Positions 27,546 through 35,132 are shown, counted from the first letter of the stretch. The stretch is DNA of 49,961 nt from an uncultured Chloroflexota bacterium (GCA_903871905.1 CAIQIV010000586.1:1-49961), one strand, 5' to 3'. Numbers and translations are program-made. Notes: generated by a model from the sequence alone, not told the origin.

Positions 27546-28790
27546 CTATGCCAGGCTCCTCCAGAAGCTGATGCTTTCAATATGGTATGTTTGAGGGAAC
27601 ATGTCCACCGGTGTGATGTGCTCTATCTGATAACCTCCGGCGATTAATCTTGCTGCGTCACGCGCCAGAGTGGCAGGATCACACGAAATATATACCAGAT
27701 GAGGTGCATGCATGCCGAGGATAGAATCCAATGCCGGTCGTCCTAAACCTGCCCGCGGCGGATCGACAATTACCACATCCGGATGGACTGCAAGATGTGG
27801 AAGCGCTTCCTCTGCGCTTGCCTGGTACAGCTCGACGTGGTCAAATTCGTCCAGGTTAGTAGAAAAATCATCGCAGGCCAGGGGTGATATCTCTACACCA
27901 ACGACCTGGCTTACCAGAGGCGCCAGAAATGCGGAGAACAGGCCGACCCCGCAGTATACGTCCAGGATAATCGATTTAGGATTCAATGGCAGCTCATTCA
28001 GCAGCAGGTTGACCATCTTTTCTGCCATTTGCGTATTCACCTGGAAAAAGGAACCAGCAGAAACATAAAATGGCCGCCCCAATACCTCAATAACGACATG
28101 GTCACTGCCTGCCAGGACGACCATCTGCTCTTGAAAGAGGTGAACCGCTGAGATCGGCAACTCTTCCACTAACAGTTCTGGAGCCTCAGGCAGACTGCTT
28201 TCCAGGATCAACTGGATATCCTCATCCCTTCCCAGGCGAATTCCTAACCTTTCCAATCCAGGGATTACTTCCAGATCCAGCTGTTGCCAGATGAAAGTGA
28301 TCGGCTCTTCCGGAAGATAGCAATTCTGGACAGGAAATATCTGATCTGAACGGCTGTGGTGAAATCCCAACTTCCCATCAGGCGCCTGCCCAAATTGGAT
28401 GTGATTGCGATATTTAAAAGGTTCAGAGGCGGCCAGGATGGTACGCAGGGGAGGATTCTCTAGGTGAGCAATGCGCTTGAGCTGGTCAGCCAGGACCTGG
28501 GTTTTCACCTGCAGCTGAAAGGGGTAGGAAAGATGCTGGTAATGGCAGCCGCCGCATTCACCGAAGTGGGGACAGCGAGGCTGGATGCGTTCGGGTGCCG
28601 GTTCCAGCACCTCTAACAGCTGAGCCCGGGCATGGCTGCGTTTTTGCTCTATTACACGAGCACGAACCCGCTCCCCTGGCAGGGCAAATGGGATAAAGAC
28701 TGCCCGGCCGTCATCCATGCGGCCTAGAGCTTCGCCGCCGTACGCGTGGGTGATTAATGTTGTCTCAAAATCGGTGTATTTGCTGGTCAT
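27546..28790 (-). CDS. 23S rRNA (uracil-C5)-methyltransferase, RumA/RlmD (TrmA) family
   Basis: TRAM-like N-terminus, Cys cluster CPHFGECGGCHYQH, SAM motif I DVYCGVGLFS, and the catalytic Cys in YISCDPAT. Confidence 0.9.
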   Translation of the reverse strand: MTSKYTDFETTLITHAYGGEALGRMDDGRAVFIPFALPGERVRARVIEQKRSHARAQLLEVLEPAPERIQPRCPHFGECGGCHYQHLSYPFQLQVKTQVLADQLKRIAHLENPPLRTILAASEPFKYRNHIQFGQAPDGKLGFHHSRSDQIFPVQNCYLPEEPITFIWQQLDLEVIPGLERLGIRLGRDEDIQLILESSLPEAPELLVEELPISAVHLFQEQMVVLAGSDHVVIEVLGRPFYVSAGSFFQVNTQMAEKMVNLLLNELPLNPKSIILDVYCGVGLFSAFLAPLVSQVVGVEISPLACDDFSTNLDEFDHVELYQASAEEALPHLAVHPDVVIVDPPRAGLGRPALDSILGMHAPHLVYISCDPATLARDAARLIAGGYQIEHITPVDMFPQTYHIESISFWRSLA

Positions 28791-28807
28791 TGTCTCTCAT
28801 AAAAAGA

Positions 28808-28813
28808 TATAAT
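28808..28813 (+). promoter_or_regulatory. -10 box TATAAT placed 7 nt before the ATG (leaderless-transcript candidate)
   Basis: TATAAT at 28808-28813 and ATG at 28821, with no SD. Possible -35 TGGTCA at 28784-28789 (18-nt spacer). Confidence 0.4.
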
Positions 28814-28820
28814 CCGCTTC

Positions 28821-30656
28821 ATGCGTCGTTTATGGATACCACTTGTGTTATTGACCCTGGCATGCCGTGCAGTAATCCCAGATCGGCCCACTCCTATGCC
28901 AACGGTGGCACCCGGAGGGGTTGAATTATTTCAGCAACCCACACTGACACCTTTTCTCCCATCCGCTCAGACCGCTACCGTCACCGTCACCCCTGAACCT
29001 ACTTATACTATCCCCACCCCGGCGGTCACCCCTACACCAGCCGGGTCCTCCTTCCAGGTCCGTTTTCACCCAGATGGACCGCTTTATGTCGGTGACCAGG
29101 TCAGCCTGGAAGTGGTTGCCCCACCGGATGGGGATTACAAGGAGAAAAAGCTTGAGGTGAGATACGGTGATGAAGAGGGCAGGCTGCTGGGTGAAGCCAT
29201 ATTTCAACCTTTTGGCCTTTCGCAGCGCATCCAATCAACCCTGTGGTGGGTCTGGGATACAATGTCCCTGCCAGCTGGTAAGCACCAGATTTATTTCAAG
29301 GTTCTTCCAGATGGGGAGGACTGGACCGAAGCTGTCGAACTTTTGCCTGCGGACCAGATGCCCATGCCTGGCGCGCACTGGTCAAGCGCCGAAAGTGAGT
29401 GCTGCGTAATTCATTATATCACGGGCACTTTAGCCGAACGTGACCTGGCCCGTCTGGTAGTCATGGTGGACGAACAAGCTCGAAAAGCCGGCCAGCGGCT
29501 TGGGGTGACGCTGAAGGAGCGGGTGAATATCACTTTCTTTCCCCGGCTGTTGGGTCATGGTGGCTTTACCAACCATGAGATCTTTATCTCATACCTGGAC
29601 CGGCATTACACAGCGACGGACCCTTCAATAATCATTCACCATGAATTGGTCCACAGGCTGGATGCGCAAGCCGGGGGGGATTTCCGTCCAACCATGCTGG
29701 TAGAGGGCCTGGCGGTCTATTTAAGCGGCGGTCATTTCAAACTTGAGCCGCTGATGTCGCGTGCGGCCGCGCTTCTGGCACCGGCACCTGGATGCGTGGA
29801 AACCCCGGCGGTGAAAGGATCTGATCCAACCCCAGGACCAGGGAGCAGGCCGGGCTGTGGGCTGGATGTATATTATCCACTGACCCAACTGGCAGATAAT
29901 TTTTATCCCTCGCAGCACGAGATTGGTTATCTGGAGGCCGGCGCGCTGGTAGAGTTCATGATAAAGACCTGGGGTTGGGATGCGTATAATGCCTTCTATC
30001 GGGATATTCACAAAGTACCTGCACCGGTTGGCCAGCCTCGGGAGGGATATGAGCAGTCCCAGGCGCTGGATAAGGCACTGCAGAATCATTTCCATCTGTC
30101 CCTGGATGAACTGGACAGCCGCTTTCAGGAAGCGCTGCGACAGGAAAACCTGACCCCGACAATGGCGGAAGATGTGCGGCTGACCATTGATTATTATGAT
30201 ACAGTACGGCGGTACCAGCAGTACCTGGATCCTTCGGCATATTTCCTGACCGCCTGGCTGCCGGATGGCCAAAAGATGCGAGAGAAAGGGATTGTGGCAG
30301 ACCTGAGCCGGGCCCCCTCAGGAGCAGAAAATTCTGCAATTGAGACCCTGTTGGTTGCGGCAAACTCGGCGTTGGTCCAGGGCGATTATGCCAGGACCAG
30401 TTCTCTGTTAGATGCGGTCAATGCCACGCTGAAGATGTATGCTCCCCACAGCGATGGTCCTACTACGCTGGCTGGCAGCTTTCAACTGTTGTCGTCTGAA
30501 AGTTTGATGCTTACATCCGATGGCAGGTTCAACTTGGCGGCAATCTCCACAGCCTTGATAATGCCAACCGGTACAGGGCAGGCAGTGTGTGCGCAGTATT
30601 TCGGCGCCAGCTCAAGTGTCTGCGGACCTGCTCTACGGAAGGTAGCTTCCTGGTAG
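28821..30656 (+). CDS. Putative lipoprotein with peptidase-MA-like (HExxH..E) zinc-metalloprotease motif
   Basis: 611 aa. Lipobox-like signal MRRLWIPLVLLTLAC, a Pro/Thr-rich linker, then HHELVHRLDAQAGGDFRPTMLVEGLAVY (HExxH plus a downstream EG.A). The last 58 codons overlap the convergent gene. Confidence 0.7.
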   Translation: MRRLWIPLVLLTLACRAVIPDRPTPMPTVAPGGVELFQQPTLTPFLPSAQTATVTVTPEPTYTIPTPAVTPTPAGSSFQVRFHPDGPLYVGDQVSLEVVAPPDGDYKEKKLEVRYGDEEGRLLGEAIFQPFGLSQRIQSTLWWVWDTMSLPAGKHQIYFKVLPDGEDWTEAVELLPADQMPMPGAHWSSAESECCVIHYITGTLAERDLARLVVMVDEQARKAGQRLGVTLKERVNITFFPRLLGHGGFTNHEIFISYLDRHYTATDPSIIIHHELVHRLDAQAGGDFRPTMLVEGLAVYLSGGHFKLEPLMSRAAALLAPAPGCVETPAVKGSDPTPGPGSRPGCGLDVYYPLTQLADNFYPSQHEIGYLEAGALVEFMIKTWGWDAYNAFYRDIHKVPAPVGQPREGYEQSQALDKALQNHFHLSLDELDSRFQEALRQENLTPTMAEDVRLTIDYYDTVRRYQQYLDPSAYFLTAWLPDGQKMREKGIVADLSRAPSGAENSAIETLLVAANSALVQGDYARTSSLLDAVNATLKMYAPHSDGPTTLAGSFQLLSSESLMLTSDGRFNLAAISTALIMPTGTGQAVCAQYFGASSSVCGPALRKVASW

Positions 30657-30802
30657 GGATCCACCTGAGGCAGCTGCTCTGCCAGGCGGCGGATGCTGGC
30701 GCACTCGCTCTCAATGTGAAGATTTACTTTCCGATCTTCCATGGTGGCGATGACAGTGGACTTTAAACCACATGCGCCAGGGTGGATCTCTGCTTTTGCC
30801 AT
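30482..30802 (-). CDS. Small Cys-containing conserved hypothetical protein
   Basis: 106 aa with AGGAGA 6 nt upstream of the ATG. Cys residues occur in the contexts PGACGL, ESECAS and YCAHTACPVP. Confidence 0.65.
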   Translation of the reverse strand: MAKAEIHPGACGLKSTVIATMEDRKVNLHIESECASIRRLAEQLPQVDPYQEATFRRAGPQTLELAPKYCAHTACPVPVGIIKAVEIAAKLNLPSDVSIKLSDDNS

Positions 30803-30871
30803 GTCGTTCTCCTGAATAACTGGTTAAGGAATTGGTTTGAAATTATACCATAAAGGGATGATTTGTCCAAA

Positions 30872-30900
30872 AGAAAAGTGGGCGTTGAGCCCACTTTTCT
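30872..30900 (-). terminator. Intrinsic terminator after the FHA-domain gene
   Basis: Perfect 12-bp stem AGAAAAGTGGGC / GCCCACTTTTCT with a 5-nt loop. The minus-strand stem runs into a UUUUCUUUUGG tail. Confidence 0.7.
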
Positions 30901-30922
30901 TTCACCAGTTTGTTGGTAGAGG

Positions 30923-31606
30923 CTACGGACAGCCCGGGAAAAATTGTTGGAATGGGGTAGAACAGTACAGGTTTAGATAATCAAAGACAAAGGCTGCACT
31001 CATGAGACAGCAGAGCATAATCACCAGGCAGCCGCAGCCGATGAATATCCAGGTGCGACTTCTGGGTTTTTCTTCATCGACCTGGGCGGGTTCAACCGGT
31101 CCCGGTGGCACCTGGCCCGCATACACCGGAGCTGGTTCCGGGTAAACAGGCTGCGGCTGCACCGGGGCTGGAGGCATGGGATATTCAACGGGTCGCGTGG
31201 GTGGGACGGGAGCTGGTTGAACTGGCACCGGGACGGGGGCTGGCTCTGGGTAGGTCGGGGTTTCGGCAGGGTGAAGGGGCAGGGTAGCGTCGGGATCAAA
31301 ACTGTCTGCGTAAAATTCGAGGCTGATGTTTTCGCCAAGAATGATGATCTCACCTGGGCGCAGCAGGTGAGGGCCCAACAGGCGCTGCGCATTGACCATG
31401 GTTCCGTTGGTAGAACCCAGATCTTCAATCAGGTAGCTGCCGGATTGGGAGGTCAAGCGGGCGTGTTTGCGCGAGACTTCTGCGTCGCCAATAATGATAG
31501 CATTGGAAACATCTCGCCCGATGGTGATTACAGGTAAGGTCAGGTCGTACACTTTTCCCGGCCTGGGTCCTTGCAATACTCGGATGCGGTAAATCTGCGC
31601 AGTCAA
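30923..31606 (-). CDS. FHA domain protein with Pro-rich linker and C-terminal TM anchor
   Basis: FHA core ITIGRDVSNAIIIGDAEVSRKHARL..YLIEDLGSTNGTMVN. C-terminal helix WIFIGCGCLVIMLCCLMSAAFVF. TTG start with GGAGGA 4 nt upstream. Confidence 0.88.
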   Translation of the reverse strand: MTAQIYRIRVLQGPRPGKVYDLTLPVITIGRDVSNAIIIGDAEVSRKHARLTSQSGSYLIEDLGSTNGTMVNAQRLLGPHLLRPGEIIILGENISLEFYADSFDPDATLPLHPAETPTYPEPAPVPVPVQPAPVPPTRPVEYPMPPAPVQPQPVYPEPAPVYAGQVPPGPVEPAQVDEEKPRSRTWIFIGCGCLVIMLCCLMSAAFVFDYLNLYCSTPFQQFFPGCP

Positions 31607-31635
31607 GGTGTCCTCCTTACATGGATGGTAAGCTA

Positions 31636-31664
31636 AGTGTACTCACATTTAGTTTGACTGTCAA
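31636..31664 (-). promoter_or_regulatory. Sigma70-type promoter for the FHA gene
   Basis: On the minus strand: TTGACA (31664-31659), a 17-nt spacer, then TACACT (31641-31636). The -35 lies inside the 17-bp palindrome. Confidence 0.55.
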
Positions 31665-31667
31665 ACT
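31651..31667. promoter_or_regulatory. Perfect 17-bp palindrome AGTTTGAC-T-GTCAAACT (operator candidate)
   Basis: 8-bp arms around one central base, in the divergent intergenic region between the FHA and amidohydrolase-like genes. Confidence 0.4.
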
Positions 31668-31747
31668 GATTTTCCATTTTGAGCCGATAATTTTTACATT
31701 TTGAGATATGCTTTACGCGTTTTCCATTGCGCGATCGACCAGGTATC

Positions 31748-31756
31748 TGATATAAC
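31748..31756 (+). promoter_or_regulatory. Extended -10 TGaTATAAC placed 6 nt before the ATG (leaderless-transcript candidate)
   Basis: TGATATAAC at 31748-31756 and ATG at 31763, with no SD. Confidence 0.4.
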
Positions 31757-31762
31757 ACGGTT

Positions 31763-32482
31763 ATGGATGAGCTGCTTTCAGAACTGGTTATGCTTGAGGA
31801 GGATATTCTGTATATTACGCCGGCGGTTGATGGCGAGCCGGAATTTTCTTATGAGCCTGGGACCGTGCCTGTTCTGCTTTCAGCCCCCCATGCCGCCAGT
31901 CACACTCGCCAGGGTGTGTTGAAAGAGGAGGATGAATATACTGGTGGCCTGGTGCGTTTAGTGGCCAGGTTGAGTGGAGGTCATGCCATCTATGCCCGGC
32001 GCAAATCAATGACTGACCCCAACTGGTATCCGGATGCGCCATACAAAGAATTGTTGAAGAGAATCATCCTGGAATCGGAAATCCGGTTTGTGATGGATAT
32101 CCATGGTGCAGCGTCTGACCATGCGTTTGGGATCGCTATTGGGACTGCGGGTGGTACCAGCTGCCCTCGCGAGCGGCCCATGATTATCCAGGCTTTGCAA
32201 AAATTTGGCCTGGGGCCAGACCAGCCGAGGTTTGAAAAATTAGACCTGGATAATATTTTCCCGGCAAAAAAGAAGGGAACCATCACGCATTTTGCCTGGT
32301 ATGAGCTGGGATGCCCGGCGGCGCAGTTTGAGATCAATGGCTGTTTGCGCACGGTTCAACGGCGCGGGGATGCGTCCAATCCTGAGACATTCCGGGGTGA
32401 TCCAGCCAGGATCATCAACACAGTCCAGGCTCTGACGTACCTGGTACAGGTGCTGGGGCTATCTTCGTTGGGTGAATGTTGA
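31763..32482 (+). CDS. N-formylglutamate amidohydrolase (FGase)-family protein, putative
   Basis: 239 aa. VLLSAPHAASH, RRKSMTDPNW and VMDIHGA resemble the FGase-family metal and substrate motifs. Assignment is by motif memory only. Confidence 0.5.
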   Translation: MDELLSELVMLEEDILYITPAVDGEPEFSYEPGTVPVLLSAPHAASHTRQGVLKEEDEYTGGLVRLVARLSGGHAIYARRKSMTDPNWYPDAPYKELLKRIILESEIRFVMDIHGAASDHAFGIAIGTAGGTSCPRERPMIIQALQKFGLGPDQPRFEKLDLDNIFPAKKKGTITHFAWYELGCPAAQFEINGCLRTVQRRGDASNPETFRGDPARIINTVQALTYLVQVLGLSSLGEC

Positions 32483-32579
32483 GTAATCGTTGGGAAATTG
32501 TAGGCCAGGCGTCAAGCAGCTTTTCCAGTCTCTGATAAAATCAATATCGAAGGGCGGTTTCTCTTCTTCTCCTCCTTAA

Positions 32580-32621
32580 CGAGAGTCAGGTACGGCGAAC
32601 CTGGCTCTCGTCAATTTAATT
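32580..32621 (+). terminator. Hairpin terminator after the amidohydrolase-like gene
   Basis: CGAGAGTCAGG (32580-32590) / CCTGGCTCTCG (32600-32610) with one G-U pair, followed by TCAATTTAATT. Confidence 0.5.
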
Positions 32622-32686
32622 GAAAATCGATTCGATAATGAATGTTTATGTTAGTTGTTATGCAATAGTAAATGCGAAACAGGGTC

Positions 32687-32715
32687 TTGACAAAACAAAA
32701 TTATTACTGTAATAT
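32687..32715 (+). promoter_or_regulatory. Near-consensus sigma70 promoter for the OmpR-type regulator
   Basis: TTGACA (32687-32692), a 17-nt spacer, then TAATAT (32710-32715). About 37 nt of leader precede ATG 32759. Confidence 0.6.
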
Positions 32716-32758
32716 GATAATAACGTTACTTGATGGAATCTAATCTGGGGTACTTCTT

Positions 32759-33538
32759 ATGGCAAATCCAATGCTCGATCAAAGTTCGGCAACCGCTCAT
32801 GGTCCAGCGGAAATGGGAATGGACCTGGATTCGCTTGTCGGGGCGCCTTCTCGGAAAAGGGTAATGGTTGTTGATGATGACCCTGACACTGTGTTTTTGG
32901 TTAAACTTTTACTGCGCCGCCAGGGGTACGATGTCCTGGGCGCCCTGGGGGGCATGGAGGCAGTAAAAAAATGTGCCAGCCTGGCGCCGGATCTGGTGTT
33001 GCTGGATTTGATGATGCCCGGCATGGATGGTTGGGAGACCATGCGGGACATGAGGCAGTTCAGCAATGCGCCGGTGATCATTGTGTCTGCAAAAGGCACT
33101 AAAGATGATGTCATCCAGGGGCTGCAGTCAGGAGCTGACGACTACATCACCAAGCCATTCCATGACGGTGAGCTGCTTGCTCGGGTGCAGAATGTATTGC
33201 GCCGCAATGTCCAGACCGCGGTAATGCACCGGATGATATTTTCTGATGTGGGCCTGACCATCGATCACGATACGAAAACGGTGACCATTAATGGCAGTGA
33301 TGCCCGGCTGACACAGCGCGAATTTGAGATTTGTGCTCTCCTGGCGCGACATGCTAACGAAACCGTGACTCACGAAACGATCGGGGCAGAGATCTGGGGC
33401 GAGTACAATAGCGATGTACACAATCGAATCCGCTACCTGATCTATTTACTGCGCCGCAAGCTGGAGAAGGATTACCGGAACCCGCACATCATCCTGACCC
33501 GTGATGGGTTGGGATATATGCTGCGCACGAAACCATAG
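32759..33538 (+). CDS. OmpR/PhoB-family response regulator (orphan, about 30-aa N-terminal extension)
   Basis: REC (VMVVDDDPD, LVLLDLMMPGMDG, SAKG, DDYITKPF) plus a winged-helix domain (LTQREFEICALL .. GLGYML). No kinase gene is adjacent. Confidence 0.92.
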   Translation: MANPMLDQSSATAHGPAEMGMDLDSLVGAPSRKRVMVVDDDPDTVFLVKLLLRRQGYDVLGALGGMEAVKKCASLAPDLVLLDLMMPGMDGWETMRDMRQFSNAPVIIVSAKGTKDDVIQGLQSGADDYITKPFHDGELLARVQNVLRRNVQTAVMHRMIFSDVGLTIDHDTKTVTINGSDARLTQREFEICALLARHANETVTHETIGAEIWGEYNSDVHNRIRYLIYLLRRKLEKDYRNPHIILTRDGLGYMLRTKP

Positions 33539-33550
33539 ATCACTCGCTGC

Positions 33551-34258
33551 CTATGGGAGCAGCTCCGCTCTTACAAACAGGCGTCCCCAGGAAGAGATCC
33601 CTATGCTGGCGATGCATGTTTGTAAGGTGAGGTGGTGTTCTCCCATGTAAAACTGTGAAAACACTTCACTGGATGTGAGTTTGTTTCCGGTTGAAAGATC
33701 AATTAAATCAGATTGTGGATTGACCGGTTCCAACGCCTGGAACCGGTCGATGCTTTTTATCTGGTAGCGGCGGATGGTTCCATCTCCATAAACGATGTCG
33801 ATTTCCTGCTTGGGCGCCAGGTCGAAGAATTCCGACCCGGCTTTGTCATTGTGCGCCAGCAAGCCGGTCACTCCAAACACAGCGGCAACATAAAACTGGG
33901 TCGTAGGATTGGCTTCTGAGGAGACATAATTGGATTGATTCTGCGGCTGCTGGATCACGGCGAGAGCAAACAGATCCTGGACATACACGCCGCGTACAAG
34001 ATTGCTTTGTCCATTTGCTACGCTGTGGAGAAATTCTTCCAGGGTTGGAACCCGATTTGCTATGTCAGGGGAGGATGGCTGGGTAGACGGGACGCTTACC
34101 AGGCTGACTGTGTCCCCAATGATGGGCAAGAAGACAACCGGGACAACAGGTGCATGGGGAGATGCCAGCACTTTTGCCTGAACGTCTGGAGTGGCTGCCA
34201 GGAGCAGCAGGAAGGTCGCCATGGCTACTGAGAGAATGCGCAGGTGAACGGATCTCAT
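33551..34258 (-). CDS. Secreted sortase-like transpeptidase-fold protein (divergent)
   Basis: Signal/anchor LRILSVAMATFLLLLAATPDVQA. Ordered His/Cys/Arg contexts LLAHND, HHLTLQTCIA and GRLFVRAE. GAGGAG RBS. Confidence 0.5.
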   Translation of the reverse strand: MRSVHLRILSVAMATFLLLLAATPDVQAKVLASPHAPVVPVVFLPIIGDTVSLVSVPSTQPSSPDIANRVPTLEEFLHSVANGQSNLVRGVYVQDLFALAVIQQPQNQSNYVSSEANPTTQFYVAAVFGVTGLLAHNDKAGSEFFDLAPKQEIDIVYGDGTIRRYQIKSIDRFQALEPVNPQSDLIDLSTGNKLTSSEVFSQFYMGEHHLTLQTCIASIGISSWGRLFVRAELLP

Positions 34259-34290
34259 GAAATACTCCTCAACCTGTACTCTGCGACCCC

Positions 34291-34320
34291 AAAAAGCGGC
34301 CTGGTTATCCCAGGCCGCTT
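34291..34320 (-). terminator. Intrinsic terminator forming the expression platform of the riboswitch-like leader
   Basis: On the minus strand: AAGCGGCCUGG - GAUAA - CCAGGCCGCUU followed by UUU then GGGG. Lies 33 nt upstream of the sortase-like ATG. Confidence 0.75.
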
Positions 34321-34354
34321 AAGCTTTTCTGAATGGATGGTGTAGTGACGTTTT

Positions 34355-34450
34355 CGGCGGCCTGGCGGTCATCTTCGTGTATAAACTCACGAACTTAGAC
34401 CCATGGCTTTGCGTCCCCAGCTTTCGCTGGGTTTGCCATTCTCGTTACGC
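34355..34450 (-). promoter_or_regulatory. c-di-GMP-I (GEMM) riboswitch-like aptamer
   Basis: The minus strand reads AAUGGCAAACC-CAGC-GAAA-GCUG-GGGACGCAAAGCC-AUGGGUCUAAGUUCGUG..CACGAAGAUGACC. This carries the GGCAAACC and GGGACGCAAAGCC cores, a GAAA-capped first hairpin, and a second hairpin with a receptor-like internal loop. Confidence 0.7.
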
Positions 34451-34487
34451 TTTTTCTAAGGTACTTTAGTACAGTTGAACCTGCCTA

Positions 34488-34515
34488 AGTATAGTCGTTT
34501 TTTGCTTTTTGAGAA
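34488..34515 (-). promoter_or_regulatory. Candidate promoter for the riboswitch-like leader
   Basis: On the minus strand: TTCTCA (34515-34510), a 16-nt spacer, then TATACT (34493-34488). Confidence 0.35.
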
Positions 34516-34538
34516 GAAAAGCAAACAAAAGTGTAAGG

Positions 34539-35132
34539 CTATATAGCAGGAAGATCATCCCGGGTCAGCCAGCGCTGGAGCCCCTGGGGATGGCGGTGGT
34601 TTTCGAGCAGGTCTAACAGCCCTCCCGGTGTCCCCGCATGGTGGAACAGCGAGCGATGCTCGTCATAGATAAAGCCTTCCGCTCGGGCTCGTTCAACCGC
34701 CTCCAGGATGAGGTCGTAATAGCCGCGGGTGTTCAGCAGGCCAACTGGTTTTTGGTGCAGCCCGATTTGAGCCCAGGTCAGGATTTCAAAGAATTCTTCC
34801 AGGGTACCGTAACCTCCGGGAAGAGCAATAAAGGCATCCGCCAGTTCTTCAAGGCGCGCTTTGCGCTGGTGCATGGTGTCAACGATCTCCAGCCTGGTTA
34901 GCTTCGGGTGCGCTAAGCGCGGCGTGTTAAATATCTCGGGGATCACACCGATCACGGTACCACCGGCCTGTAAGGCTCCGTTGGCGACAGCGCCCATTAA
35001 CCCGGTGCTGCCTGCGCCGTAGACAATTTCTAACCCCCGTTGTGCTGCTTCAGCACCCATCTGGTGTGCAGCTTCCAGGTAATCCGCATGGATCTTTTCT
35101 GACGATCCACAATAAACGCACAGCGTTTTCAC
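34539..35132 (-). CDS. LOG-family cytokinin riboside 5'-monophosphate phosphoribohydrolase (TIGR00730 type)
   Basis: VYCGSS, GAGSTGLMGAVANG and PGGYGTLEEF motifs. GTG start with GGAAGG upstream. Confidence 0.9.
   Translation of the reverse strand: MKTLCVYCGSSEKIHADYLEAAHQMGAEAAQRGLEIVYGAGSTGLMGAVANGALQAGGTVIGVIPEIFNTPRLAHPKLTRLEIVDTMHQRKARLEELADAFIALPGGYGTLEEFFEILTWAQIGLHQKPVGLLNTRGYYDLILEAVERARAEGFIYDEHRSLFHHAGTPGGLLDLLENHRHPQGLQRWLTRDDLPAI

Noticed and set aside
34501-34525. 9-bp hairpin TTTGCTTTT/AAAAGCAAA right after the LOG gene stop; considered as its terminator.
   Set aside because: There is no U tract following the stem on the minus strand (an A run instead). It overlaps the candidate -35 of the riboswitch-leader promoter, so its role is unclear.
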